Positions 39,897 through 49,430 of a stretch of DNA of 64,000 nucleotides are shown in pieces. The translations under genes were made by a program, and so were the position numbers. Every line of letters begins with the position of its first letter. Within the stretch, counting starts at the first letter, position 1. The notes below the pieces were generated by a model. That model was not told the DNA's origin. It ran no database searches and saw only the letters and a program-made list of their open reading frames with translations. The stretch spans positions 256,001 through 320,000 of the forward strand of contig CAXXMV010000002.1 of NCBI GenBank assembly GCA_963662285.2, written 5' to 3'. Source of the DNA: a bacterium (GTDB lineage: Bacteria > Hinthialibacterota > Hinthialibacteria > Hinthialibacterales > Hinthialibacteraceae).

Positions 39897-41360
39897 TTAA
39901 GCCCAAAAGGGCACGTATTTTGAGTGTTTCTTTGATGTGTTATCTGGATCGTGAGGTTTGATGAGATTTGCTTTTATTGTTTCCGCTATAATTCTTGAGG
40001 CCATAGGGTAGTTGTTGGATTTAATGGAAAAACGTTCTCTAAGGGAAGTATTAGTCATTTGTTCATTTGAAACGTATTTTAAGACAGCGTGTTGGTAGCA
40101 TGCTCTTATTTTCTCTTTTTTATCCATTTGACAAACTTTTTTATAAGCGAAAAGAATTACTTTTGTGTTCTGCTCTGTAACAATAAATTCGGGAGCAGGT
40201 AATTGATAGAATTCTACTTCAGAGATTACTTTGTCTATTCCGCTTCCTCTTTCCTCACAAATATTAATACGCCTCATGAATGAAGCCAGTGATTCGTTTC
40301 TTGATTGGGGCGGCTCATCAATGAAGCGTAACGTGTCTATTAAAGGTGTGCCCGGATTTGTGAATTCTATTCGATCATCGAATATTTCAACAATTGGTCC
40401 TGTTCCATTGATAGTGAAATCCTGATGAATTAAAGCATTTGCGAGGAGTTCCCGAATTGCAATTTCTGGATACATTCGTTCACTTTTCCGCAATGCTTTC
40501 TCAATAATTTCGTTCTGAGGTAATAAATTATTAATGAAATTAATGGCTCCTTCAAATCCTATCGCATAACCATATTTTCCTATTTGTTCCCGGATTGTCT
40601 TTACGCGGTTTTTACCATTATATACAATTACGCGTATTGCTTTTCGTCTTAATGCGTCAATTTGATCAATATCTTTGGCAAATAAAATTCCTCCCAAACA
40701 AGTGATGTCATAATATCCTCCCTCTTTTTCATTTATTAAGTTTTCGGATTTGAGTTTTCCTAATATTCCATTACTGTTTTCAGGAAGAGGCTGGTTTGTT
40801 AAATCGAAATATGTGGGATAATCGATGTATTTAAGGACTTCATCTTTCGATATATTCTTAATAGTAATTTGTTTCTCATATGGTTCTTTATCGAATATTT
40901 TCCATAATGCGCGTTCTTTTTCTGGGAAATCTTGCAGTTTTCGTTTATAACTACCACACCGGATGTATTCAATACCTATGAAAGAAACTGGTTGATGTAT
41001 TGCACGTGGTATTTCAAAAACAACTATATGAAATTTCTTAAATGTAGTATCAATAATTTTAAAATCTATACGAGGTTGAATTCTATTAGATAACCAATTT
41101 TCTAATTCTTCTTGTCCTATCTTATATACACTTGGCTTAAAAGATGTACCAACAATTTCTTTGGACTTATCATCAATACCCCAGATAAGATAACCTTTGT
41201 CTTTTCCACAAAGAGAAGCCGAATTTGATAAAGCCGAAATATATTCTCCAATCTGGTTGTGCTCGGCCTTATTCCTCTTAAACTCAATCCACTCATTCTC
41301 TTTCTGAAGTCCAATAAATTCAGTTAATAATCTATTTATGTATTCGTTTTCTATATTCAT
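39897..41360 (-). CDS. Schlafen/AlbA_2 domain + RecG-C-like ATP-binding (HATPase_c_4) + wHTH protein
   Basis: ENEWIEFK, ISALSN...GYLIWGIDD, YP..AIRELLANALIHQD, EI..DRIE.TNPG, RN..LA..MR....EERGSG; noticeably AT-rich. Confidence 0.85.
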   Translation of the reverse strand: MNIENEYINRLLTEFIGLQKENEWIEFKRNKAEHNQIGEYISALSNSASLCGKDKGYLIWGIDDKSKEIVGTSFKPSVYKIGQEELENWLSNRIQPRIDFKIIDTTFKKFHIVVFEIPRAIHQPVSFIGIEYIRCGSYKRKLQDFPEKERALWKIFDKEPYEKQITIKNISKDEVLKYIDYPTYFDLTNQPLPENSNGILGKLKSENLINEKEGGYYDITCLGGILFAKDIDQIDALRRKAIRVIVYNGKNRVKTIREQIGKYGYAIGFEGAINFINNLLPQNEIIEKALRKSERMYPEIAIRELLANALIHQDFTINGTGPIVEIFDDRIEFTNPGTPLIDTLRFIDEPPQSRNESLASFMRRINICEERGSGIDKVISEVEFYQLPAPEFIVTEQNTKVILFAYKKVCQMDKKEKIRACYQHAVLKYVSNEQMTNTSLRERFSIKSNNYPMASRIIAETIKANLIKPHDPDNTSKKHSKYVPFWA

Positions 41361-41473
41361 CGGGCTTTTTTCCTTACAAGGGAAGAATACAACAATTTTG
41401 TAAATTATTTATTTTATAATAGCATGAAAACACATAATTTATTTAGTTTATGAAAGGCGTATTCATAATCTTT

Positions 41474-41502
41474 CTAAAGTTTACGTAATAATGAGTCGAT
41501 AT
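41474..41502 (+). promoter_or_regulatory. Sigma28/SigD-type promoter
   Basis: CTAAA(GTTT)-N16-GTCGATAT versus consensus TAAA-N15/16-GCCGATAW. Confidence 0.55.
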
Positions 41503-41541
41503 AATATAGTACAGCGCCCCAGCTCAAGGAGGTGCGGGACT

Positions 41542-41745
41542 ATGTTTAACTCGTTCGATGTTCTAAATCGTGATACGGTAGTCAGCATAGCACAACCGAG
41601 TACGCAGGTTGGCGACACGCAAAAATATGAGGGAAAAGATAATCCCGGCAACCTGTGGTATTATAAACGGCAAGAGCGAAAAAAGGACGGAAAAGAGAAG
41701 AAGAACCGTCCTAAGGGCGACCATAAAGTTGATTTCGTAGCATAG
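41542..41745 (+). CDS. Small basic hypothetical protein (67 aa)
   Basis: Strong AAGGAGGT RBS, own terminator, C-terminus HKVDFVA. Confidence 0.7.
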   Translation: MFNSFDVLNRDTVVSIAQPSTQVGDTQKYEGKDNPGNLWYYKRQERKKDGKEKKNRPKGDHKVDFVA

Positions 41746-41766
41746 AATTACATAAGATATTTCATA

Positions 41767-41815
41767 ACAACGGCTCGCGGGGAATGATTTCTACCTTGCA
41801 AGCCGTTTTGTTTTT
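41767..41815 (+). terminator. Intrinsic terminator
   Basis: AACGGCT(C)GC...GCAAGCCGTT followed by TTGTTTTT. Confidence 0.7.
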
Positions 41816-41844
41816 AGGATTATGGGAAAATAAGAGGTGAACTC

Positions 41845-41879
41845 ATCAAGGGTAGAAAATACACTACCCTTGGCACCCA
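41845..41879 (-). repeat. REP-like palindromic repeat, family A, short copy
   Basis: Minus strand reads TGGGTGCCAAGGGTAG-TGTATTTT-CTACCCTTGAT. Confidence 0.55.
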
Positions 41880-41941
41880 ATATTGTTCTCTTCATGACTA
41901 ATAATATCCCACATTAATATTAATATTTGCATAGATAGGTT

Positions 41942-42460
41942 TTATTGCTTGAATTCATTCTCTAGTACAGACATGATGATGATATCGTGATATTGGTTTT
42001 GTGAGAAAAAGGCTTCTCTTTTTCTTCCTTCCGTTTTGAAACCCATTTTTTCGTACATCTGACAGGCTTTTTCATTGAAGGAGAAAACTTCGAGGTATAT
42101 GCGGTGCAGGTTTAATTCGTGGAAGCCGTATTTCATAATGGTTAGGAAAGCGTCTTTGCCGTATCCTTTACCTTGTTGCGTCGGATCGAGATATAAGCCA
42201 ATTTCGGCCTGGCGGTTTTTATGGTCTAGGTGTTTGAGGATGGTGTATCCTGCTGGATTCTGATCTTCTGTTTCGATGATGAATACAATGGTTCCTGAGT
42301 CTCCGGAATAATTTTGATACCAACGCCGTTGACCCGCCTCAGAAACGGGGAGATCGGAGAAGTGAAATTTCATTAAATCGGGATGGTTGCGCCAACCGCG
42401 CAGTAATTCAATATCCTTATCTTCCAGCGCCCGTAAGGTGACAATTTTACCCTTTATCAT
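41942..42460 (-). CDS. GNAT N-acetyltransferase (RimJ/PseH-like)
   Basis: LR.LE..D...L..WRN, QGKGYG, L.LHRI.LEV..FN..A...YEK.GF..EG. Confidence 0.88.
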   Translation of the reverse strand: MIKGKIVTLRALEDKDIELLRGWRNHPDLMKFHFSDLPVSEAGQRRWYQNYSGDSGTIVFIIETEDQNPAGYTILKHLDHKNRQAEIGLYLDPTQQGKGYGKDAFLTIMKYGFHELNLHRIYLEVFSFNEKACQMYEKMGFKTEGRKREAFFSQNQYHDIIIMSVLENEFKQ

Positions 42461-42484
42461 GAGAATATCCTTTGAAATTTCTTT

Positions 42485-42569
42485 TATAACCAGTGTTCTT
42501 TAGCACTGGTTTTATATTGGGTGGTTTGATCAAGGGCTGACCGCATTGCGGTCTTGCCCTTGGCGCCCA
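42485..42569 (-). repeat. REP-like palindromic repeat, family A
   Basis: 40-bp core 42529-42568 is the exact reverse complement of 48119-48158; similarity extends into a second AT-rich hairpin. Confidence 0.9.
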
Positions 42570-42625
42570 TTACCTTATGTTTTCTCTTAGTCTAGGTGGT
42601 GTTCAGCAGTATTGCTTGTAACTCA

Positions 42626-42661
42626 ACCCCCCTCTAACTCCCCCCATACTTGGGGGGAGAA
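42626..42661. repeat. REP-like GC-rich hairpin
   Basis: ACCCCCCTCTAACTCCCCCA-TACT-TGGGGGGAG, immediately downstream of the aminotransferase stop. Confidence 0.55.
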
Positions 42662-42674
42662 TTTGTTCGTCTGT

Positions 42675-43847
42675 TTATATCGTTTCTCCAAAAGCAATGA
42701 CGGCATCTATTACCCGTTCGATCTCTTCTTCGGTCATATCGGGGTACATGGGAAGGCTTAGTATGCGTTTCCAGATTTCCTCCGCTATGGGGCATTGGGC
42801 GTCGAGCGAGGCGTAGTATGGGTGCATGTGCAGGGGATAGTAATGAACCCCCGGAGCGATGCCGCGACGTTTAAGGTGCGCGATGAGGCGGTCGCGTTCG
42901 GGCACTTTTAGATGATAAATATGCCATGACGACTGGACGTCTTCATGTTCGGGCGGCGTTTCGATCCATGATGGCGCGTCGAAAGCCTGGTTGTATTGTT
43001 CCATGATGGCGCGTCTTTTCTGGTTATTCTCATTGAGGCGTTTCAGTTGAACGATGCCCAGGGCCGCTGATATATCATGCATGTGATATTTGTAGCCCAA
43101 TTCATTGACCCAGTACTGCCAGGCGTACACTCTTTCCTTGGCTGAGCGGGTGAACGTGTCTTTGGAGATTCCCATCCAGCGCATTTCGCGTAGTTTTCTC
43201 GCCCAGGCGGAGTTGTTGGTGAATACGGCGCCTCCCTCTCCACAGGTGAGGTTTTTTACGGCGTGAAAAGAGAAGCAGGTTAACGGAGAGATGCCGCCGA
43301 TCAGTTTTTCTTTGTATTTGGCGCCGCAGGCGTGGGCGGCGTCTTCGATGATGGTGATTTGGCGGTCGCCGATCACTTCGCTCAAGCCGTCTAAATCGCA
43401 GGGGTGGCCGCTGTAATGAACTGGAATAATGGCGCGGGTGTTAGATGTGATTTTTCGTCTTACATCGTCAACATTGATGCAGAGGGTCTCTTCGTCGACA
43501 TCGGCGAAAACTACTTTGGCGTTGCAATAGTGAACTACATGAGCGGTTGAGATGAAGGTTATAGTCGGGATAATAACCTCATCATCCGGTTTAAGGTTCA
43601 ATAATTGCAAGGCCAGATGAAGGGCGGCGGTGCCGGAGTTAAGCGCTGATACGTGCTTGACGCCGAAATGCTTTGCCAGCGCGATCTCGAATTTCTCCGT
43701 CACCGGACCGAGTCCCAGCCAACCGGAGCGTAAGACTTCTGTAACGGCATTGATCTCTTCATCGGTTATAGAAGGACGGAAAACCGGGATTTGTGTTTTA
43801 GGCGTCTTTTTGGTAAGTTTTGGTTTTGAAACGGATTTTCGAGGCAT
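42675..43847 (-). CDS. DegT/DnrJ/EryC1/StrS family PLP-dependent sugar aminotransferase
   Basis: NSGTAALHLA, IEDAAHA.G, FSFHAVKNLT.GEGG, GYKY.M.DI.AALG, LSLP. Confidence 0.95.
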   Translation of the reverse strand: MPRKSVSKPKLTKKTPKTQIPVFRPSITDEEINAVTEVLRSGWLGLGPVTEKFEIALAKHFGVKHVSALNSGTAALHLALQLLNLKPDDEVIIPTITFISTAHVVHYCNAKVVFADVDEETLCINVDDVRRKITSNTRAIIPVHYSGHPCDLDGLSEVIGDRQITIIEDAAHACGAKYKEKLIGGISPLTCFSFHAVKNLTCGEGGAVFTNNSAWARKLREMRWMGISKDTFTRSAKERVYAWQYWVNELGYKYHMHDISAALGIVQLKRLNENNQKRRAIMEQYNQAFDAPSWIETPPEHEDVQSSWHIYHLKVPERDRLIAHLKRRGIAPGVHYYPLHMHPYYASLDAQCPIAEEIWKRILSLPMYPDMTEEEIERVIDAVIAFGETI

Positions 43848-44066
43848 AAGTAACTCTCTTTTATTAAGATATCGATACTTCTTTACCTATTGTGATCGGT
43901 CAAAACAGAAATAGGTTGAGTTTAAAATAACATATTATTGGTATTCTGTATATATTCTTTTGATGGGGACGTTTATTTGTGAAATTCTTACTCTGCTGGT
44001 TTTGCAGAGCGAGAAAAATACCTACAATCATTTGAGTTACTTTCTATTGGGTGATGAAAAAAAACC

Positions 44067-44819
44067 ATGCAGCAAGAATATTACGCCGAATATTATGAGT
44101 ATGAGAATTATAACTGGTGGTTCGTCAGCCGCCGGAGGATTCTTAGCGCTCTATTGAAGAAATTTCTGCCTCTGACAGATAAAAACAGGTTGATTCTTGA
44201 CGCCGGATGCGGAACCGGGATCAATCTGGCTATGCTGGCTGAATTCGGCCGTGTCACAGGCGCTGATAGTTCAGAGGAAGCGATAAAGTTCTGCGCCATG
44301 CGCAACGAAAAAGAGGTTCGTCTGGCGCAATTGCAAGAATTGCCTTTTGACAGCGGCTCTTTCGATCTGGTCACGGCGCTGGATGTCTTGGAGCATATTG
44401 AAGACGACGATAAAGCCGTTTCGGAATTGGCGCGGGTTTGTAAGAGCGGGGGTAATGTTTTAATTACGGTTCCTGTCTTTCCCTGGTTGTGGTGCGAGCA
44501 TGATGAGATCAACCACCATGTCCGGCGCTATGAGCCGAAACGCATTCATGCGCTTTTAGAGCAGAATAATTTAAGCGTTGTGCACCGTTCATACATGAAT
44601 TCCTTCCTTTTGCCGATAGCCTTGATTTGGCGTTGGCGCAAGCAGTTGATGCGCCTTTTTTCCAGCGATCCAGATATCGCGAGAGCAGATAATATGCATC
44701 ATAATCCCTGGATTAATGCGCTGCTAACCGCAATTTTTACCTGTGAGAAACCATTCGTAAAAAGCGTTGGATTGCCAATCGGCTTATCCCTGGTGATTCT
44801 GGCGCGAAAAGAGACGTAA
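44067..44819 (+). CDS. Class I SAM-dependent methyltransferase
   Basis: WWF..RR, ILDAGCGTG, LPF..GSFDLV..LDVLEH, HD...HH.RRY. Confidence 0.9.
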   Translation: MQQEYYAEYYEYENYNWWFVSRRRILSALLKKFLPLTDKNRLILDAGCGTGINLAMLAEFGRVTGADSSEEAIKFCAMRNEKEVRLAQLQELPFDSGSFDLVTALDVLEHIEDDDKAVSELARVCKSGGNVLITVPVFPWLWCEHDEINHHVRRYEPKRIHALLEQNNLSVVHRSYMNSFLLPIALIWRWRKQLMRLFSSDPDIARADNMHHNPWINALLTAIFTCEKPFVKSVGLPIGLSLVILARKET

Positions 44820-44888
44820 TTTTTCGTAACTGTATTTCCTTCCACACGTTTTACTATCAATACAAATATATTTTCCCAGGATTGGATT

Positions 44889-45758
44889 ATGAAAAAAGCC
44901 TGTTGTCTTTTGATAATTCTTTTACTGCCTGTTGCGCTATTGAATAGTGATTCCTCTACTACTCCATCAGAAAATCAACGTCCAAGTGATTGCGTGATCG
45001 CCGGTTATAAAGGGCCGGTGCGATTGGTGAAATGGTGGATTCAGGAACTGTATGGAAATAGAGGCGTCAACGCTTGGTCAGATAAAACCCTGTGGAAAAA
45101 GGAACATTATGATAATCGCGGCAACCTGGTTTTAAGAGAGCAATTTAATGATGGCGTGCTAACTTCATCTAACAGTTTTGAAACGAATAGCCAAGGAAAG
45201 ATGTCTATCACTAAATATTTTGATATGACTGGTAAGACAGGCGAGAAATCGCGGTTTTTTAGACAATATAACCATCAAGGGAAAATCATTGATGAAAAAA
45301 GCGTCTCTTCAGATGGAGACTTGCTGAGAACATGGGTCTTTAAATGGGATGGTGATGAGAAGAAAGATACGGTCTCGGTGTATGATGCGGATGGATCATT
45401 AACCGGTGTTGCAGAATGGTTTTATGATGATCTGTTTCGAGTGATAAAGAAGATAGATCCCAAAATAATGGAAGTTCTTTTTGAATATGATGAGCAATGG
45501 AGAATTAAGCGGAAAGAAAAAATCGATTATCTTAATAAAGAGAAGTTAGTGATGATTTTTGAGGATGGCCGACAAGTGAAAGACGAATTTTTTCCCCTTG
45601 ATGGAGAATTAAAAATGTTATGTGTTTATAAGCATGAATTCGATGATCAGGGGAATTGGATCAAACAAATCCAAATAATTCAACCGCTGGCTGGAGATGA
45701 TTGGCCGAAACAAGAGTGTAAGAAAATCTACCGGGAAATTAGTTATTATCAAGATTAA
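44889..45758 (+). CDS. Secreted YD/RHS-like beta-strand repeat protein
   Basis: Signal peptide, KGPV, repeated YD..G, FDDQGNWIK, C-terminal REISYY. Confidence 0.75.
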   Translation: MKKACCLLIILLLPVALLNSDSSTTPSENQRPSDCVIAGYKGPVRLVKWWIQELYGNRGVNAWSDKTLWKKEHYDNRGNLVLREQFNDGVLTSSNSFETNSQGKMSITKYFDMTGKTGEKSRFFRQYNHQGKIIDEKSVSSDGDLLRTWVFKWDGDEKKDTVSVYDADGSLTGVAEWFYDDLFRVIKKIDPKIMEVLFEYDEQWRIKRKEKIDYLNKEKLVMIFEDGRQVKDEFFPLDGELKMLCVYKHEFDDQGNWIKQIQIIQPLAGDDWPKQECKKIYREISYYQD

Positions 45759-46045
45759 TAAAACGGGGGAATTCAATAGAAATCTGAACTTCCCTGGTAT
45801 TTTCGACTCCTGCATTAGTATGATTTGCGTATTCCACAGGAATATTTTAAAAACCCCTCTAAAAAAATATATTCTTGCCTAAAATATTATCTCTATAGAA
45901 GATGCCTTTTATAAAATTTAGGTATAATACGGTATGTAACTTCATATTTGTTAAATTTTAATAAAGTTTATGATTTAGATTAAGCATTTTCAATGCGGGA
46001 AATCTTTGATTAAAAGATATAACATGAAATAGAGTAATAACTGAA

Positions 46046-46432
46046 ATGATAAAAATTCCTAAACAAATTCACCTTTTGACTAATGCCATAACCAAGAATT
46101 ATCAATTATTGTATTTCCAATCATCCGGCGGTAATCCTACGCCGATGATAATTGCCTTCAGTTCCGAAGAGAAAGCGAAGCTGTGGATTGCCCAATTTGA
46201 AATGGAATTTGACACGCTACATATAAGAACAGTTTTCGCAATATTTCTGATTCAAAAAATGACGGACATAAATTTCATGATTCTTGATCCGAAACCAGGA
46301 CAGGTGGAATTCACCGCAACCCAGGTTATATCTCTATCACGAGCGAAGAAAAAGGAAAATACCTATCAATTCGCTAATTTTTCCCCATTGGGATGGACGT
46401 TGACTTATTCAGAAGATAAAAGCGATTCTTGA
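46046..46432 (+). CDS. Hypothetical protein
   Basis: 128 aa ORF filling the gap between genes; no family recognised. Confidence 0.55.
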   Translation: MIKIPKQIHLLTNAITKNYQLLYFQSSGGNPTPMIIAFSSEEKAKLWIAQFEMEFDTLHIRTVFAIFLIQKMTDINFMILDPKPGQVEFTATQVISLSRAKKKENTYQFANFSPLGWTLTYSEDKSDS

Positions 46433-46575
46433 AACCCTCTCATAGATCATGATAATATAAACAGACACTGCAAATTTGTGAAATTTGTTTTGCCCTTTGC
46501 CCTGCCAGGATTGTTCCTCATGCCTCATTTGTGGTAAAGTATGTCATACTTAAACCACATGGGAGCAAAGGGCTT

Positions 46576-48108
46576 ATGGCTTATTTAATAGGTATTGATG
46601 TTGGAACTTCCGGAACGAAAACCGTTCTTTTCGATGAAGCTGGTAAAGCGATCGCCAGCGCTACGGTTGAGTATCCCCTGCTTACCCCCAATCCAGGCTG
46701 GACTGAACAGAATCCTGAGGACTGGTGGAATGCCACGGTAGATACGATCAAAGATGTTTTAGGCCAGAGCCAGGTTGACGCCACGGACATCAAAGGCATC
46801 GGGTTATCCGGCCAAATGCATGGCTCGGTTTTCATGGACGAGAACAACCAGGTTATCCGTCCGGCGATACTATGGAACGACAGTCGCACGGCCGATGCTT
46901 GCGACGAAATCACTCAAACAATCGGCGCCGATAAACTGATTGAATTGGCTTCCAACCCGGCATTAACCGGATTTACCGCCCCCAAAGCGGTCTGGATGAA
47001 AAACAACGAACCCGATAATTTCAAGCGCACCCGCACCCTGTTTCTACCCAAAGATTACGTCCGCTTCCGCCTGACTGGCGAAATCGCTATGGAAGTATCT
47101 GACGGCGCGGGAACCCTGCTTTGCAACGTCAAAAACCGCAACTGGTCTAATGAAATCCTTGACGGACTTGGCATTCCCCGCGAATGGATGCCTAAACTGT
47201 ACGAATCAACCGATGTCTGCGGAACCATAACTGGAGAGATAGCAGCCCTGACCGGACTGAAAGAGGGAACCCCGGTAGTGGGCGGCGGCGCTGATAACGC
47301 TTGCGGCGCTACCGGAACCGGCGTGGTGGTTGAAGGCCGGGTGCTCTCTTCTTTGGGAACCAGCGGCGTTATTCTGGCGCCTTCCAGCAGACCCGATACC
47401 GATCCACAGGGACGCGCTCATACCTTCTGTCATTCAGTCGCCAACATGTGGTACTTGATGGGAGTCGTGTTGTCAGCAGGCATGTCTTTACGCTGGTATC
47501 GAGACGTCATCGCCGACAGCGAACGCGCTCAAGGTCAAAAAGAAGGACGCGACCCTTATGATGTACTGACTGCTCTGGCCAACGAAGCGCCAGTAGGCAG
47601 CGAAGGCTTAATATTCCTGCCCTACCTCACCGGAGAGCGCACTCCATTGAAAGACCCATACGCCCGCGGCGGCTTCGTCGGTTTGACCATACGCCATCAG
47701 CGCAGTCACCTGATCCGCTCTGTACTGGAAGGCATCACCTTCGCTATGCGCGATTCAATTGAAATTTTCCGCTCGCTGGGCGTAGAGATCAAAGAGATTC
47801 GCGCTACTGGTGGAGGCGCCAAGAGTCCATTCTGGAAACAGTTGCAGGCTGATATCTACGGCTGCGAAATCGCCACAATCGGTTCTGATCAGGGCCCGGC
47901 ATTCGGCGCGGCGATTATGGCTGGCGTCGGTTCCGGCGTGTACAACTCCATTCCAGAGGCCTGCGACGCTATCATTGAGGTAGTGGAACGCACCGAACCA
48001 AATGCAGCCAGAGCCAAAGAATACGATGATTACTATGAGGTTTATCATTCTCTCTATCCCGGAATCAAAGATGCATGTCACACTCTATCAAAGAAAGTGG
48101 CGTCGTAA
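46576..48108 (+). CDS. xylB: Xylulokinase (FGGY family)
   Basis: GIDVGTSGTK, GLSGQMHG, PAILWND.R, GGGADNA, LPYL.GER.P, GGGAKS..W.Q..AD. Confidence 0.92.
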   Translation: MAYLIGIDVGTSGTKTVLFDEAGKAIASATVEYPLLTPNPGWTEQNPEDWWNATVDTIKDVLGQSQVDATDIKGIGLSGQMHGSVFMDENNQVIRPAILWNDSRTADACDEITQTIGADKLIELASNPALTGFTAPKAVWMKNNEPDNFKRTRTLFLPKDYVRFRLTGEIAMEVSDGAGTLLCNVKNRNWSNEILDGLGIPREWMPKLYESTDVCGTITGEIAALTGLKEGTPVVGGGADNACGATGTGVVVEGRVLSSLGTSGVILAPSSRPDTDPQGRAHTFCHSVANMWYLMGVVLSAGMSLRWYRDVIADSERAQGQKEGRDPYDVLTALANEAPVGSEGLIFLPYLTGERTPLKDPYARGGFVGLTIRHQRSHLIRSVLEGITFAMRDSIEIFRSLGVEIKEIRATGGGAKSPFWKQLQADIYGCEIATIGSDQGPAFGAAIMAGVGSGVYNSIPEACDAIIEVVERTEPNAARAKEYDDYYEVYHSLYPGIKDACHTLSKKVAS

Positions 48109-48117
48109 GGCCTTTGA

Positions 48118-48196
48118 CGGGCGCCAAGGGCAAGACCGCAATGCGGTCAGCCCTTGATTAAACTACTTAATATAACCGGATAGAGAACTTGTTATA
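48118..48196 (+). repeat. REP-like palindromic repeat, family A
   Basis: GGGCGCCAAGGGCAAGACCGCAATGCGGTCAGCCCTTGAT starts 10 nt after the xylB stop. Confidence 0.9.
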
Positions 48197-48237
48197 TTTA
48201 CAATTTGATTTAAAAATAAAATTAAAACAAAATTTTT

Positions 48238-49404
48238 ATGGACGCACTTTTTAATATTCTATTTTGGGGATGCTTCGGCATCCTCATTTATATTTATGCG
48301 GGATACATCCTGGCCCTGCTTGTGCTGGTACGCATCCGTCCGGTGCGGCATGAGGTGGATGAATCATACATGCCTATGGTCTCCATCATTTTCTCAGCCA
48401 GAAATGAACACGATTCACTCCCCGCAAAAATGGATAGCATCCGCCAGCTGAATTATCCCAAAGATAAATTGCAGGTGCTAATCGCCTCAGACGCCTCCAC
48501 CGATGGAACCAACCAATACCTCGCCGTGCAGGATGATATTCATTACGTTGAAATGCAGGAGCATGGCGGAAAAAACGCGGCCTTGAACATCCTCATGCCC
48601 CAAGCCAAGGGCGATGTGCTCTTCTTCACCGACGCCAATACCATCTTTCACCCGGATTGCATTAAAAACGCAGCGCGTCATTTCAGCGATCCCAAAACCG
48701 GAGCTGTAGTCGGCGAGTTGACCTTCACCCAAGGCGAAGACTGGAACGCGGTGGGAAGCGGAGCAGGGTTGTATTGGAAATATGAGAATATAATCAAACG
48801 CTGTGAAAGCCAATTAGGTTCATTGCTGGTAGGCGGCGGCGCCCTGTTGGCCGCCCGTAGCGACCTGGTAAACCAGTTAGACCCCCGCATCGCCAATGAT
48901 CTGGAAATCCCCACCCGCGCAGGCGCCCAGGGATTCAATGTTCTCTATGAACCAGACTGCCTGGGATACGAAAAAGCCCATACCAGCATTTTCGATGAAA
49001 TCGGTCGCACATCCCGCATTGTGGCGCGTGGATTAAGGGGATTCGTCGTCCTGCTGCCCGTGCTGCTGGCGGCGCCCATGCGCTTGTGGCAATTCATCTC
49101 GCATAAGTTTCTGCGCTGGTTCACCCTGGCCTTCGCAGTAGGGACGCTGATCGGCGCATGGGGATTGCGCAGCCAGACCTTTCCAGCAGTGGTGTTCTAC
49201 CTGGGGATTATAATATTACTATCATCTATAGCAGGATTATTGGTTTTACTATTAGCGCCGTCATCGCGCAAGATGAGGCCATTCACCCTACTAGCTCACA
49301 TGCTGATAATGCACCTCGCAGCTCTATGGGGAATCTGCAAAACCATCCTGGGACGCACCCCGGCCACCTGGAGCATCCCCGAATCAACCCGCAAGAATTC
49401 TTGA
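48238..49404 (+). CDS. Glycosyltransferase family 2, membrane-bound
   Basis: ARNE, SDASTDGT, GKNAALN, FTDAN, YWKYE..IK..ES, R..RI..RG, SHKFLRW. Confidence 0.9.
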   Translation: MDALFNILFWGCFGILIYIYAGYILALLVLVRIRPVRHEVDESYMPMVSIIFSARNEHDSLPAKMDSIRQLNYPKDKLQVLIASDASTDGTNQYLAVQDDIHYVEMQEHGGKNAALNILMPQAKGDVLFFTDANTIFHPDCIKNAARHFSDPKTGAVVGELTFTQGEDWNAVGSGAGLYWKYENIIKRCESQLGSLLVGGGALLAARSDLVNQLDPRIANDLEIPTRAGAQGFNVLYEPDCLGYEKAHTSIFDEIGRTSRIVARGLRGFVVLLPVLLAAPMRLWQFISHKFLRWFTLAFAVGTLIGAWGLRSQTFPAVVFYLGIIILLSSIAGLLVLLLAPSSRKMRPFTLLAHMLIMHLAALWGICKTILGRTPATWSIPESTRKNS

Positions 49405-49430
49405 GTGGATTGTTCAGCATATCCTTCATA

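Noticed and set aside
41491-41815. tmRNA (peptide ending in ...FVA followed by a hairpin)
   Set aside because: No tRNA-like 5'/3' ends; has a normal RBS and ATG.
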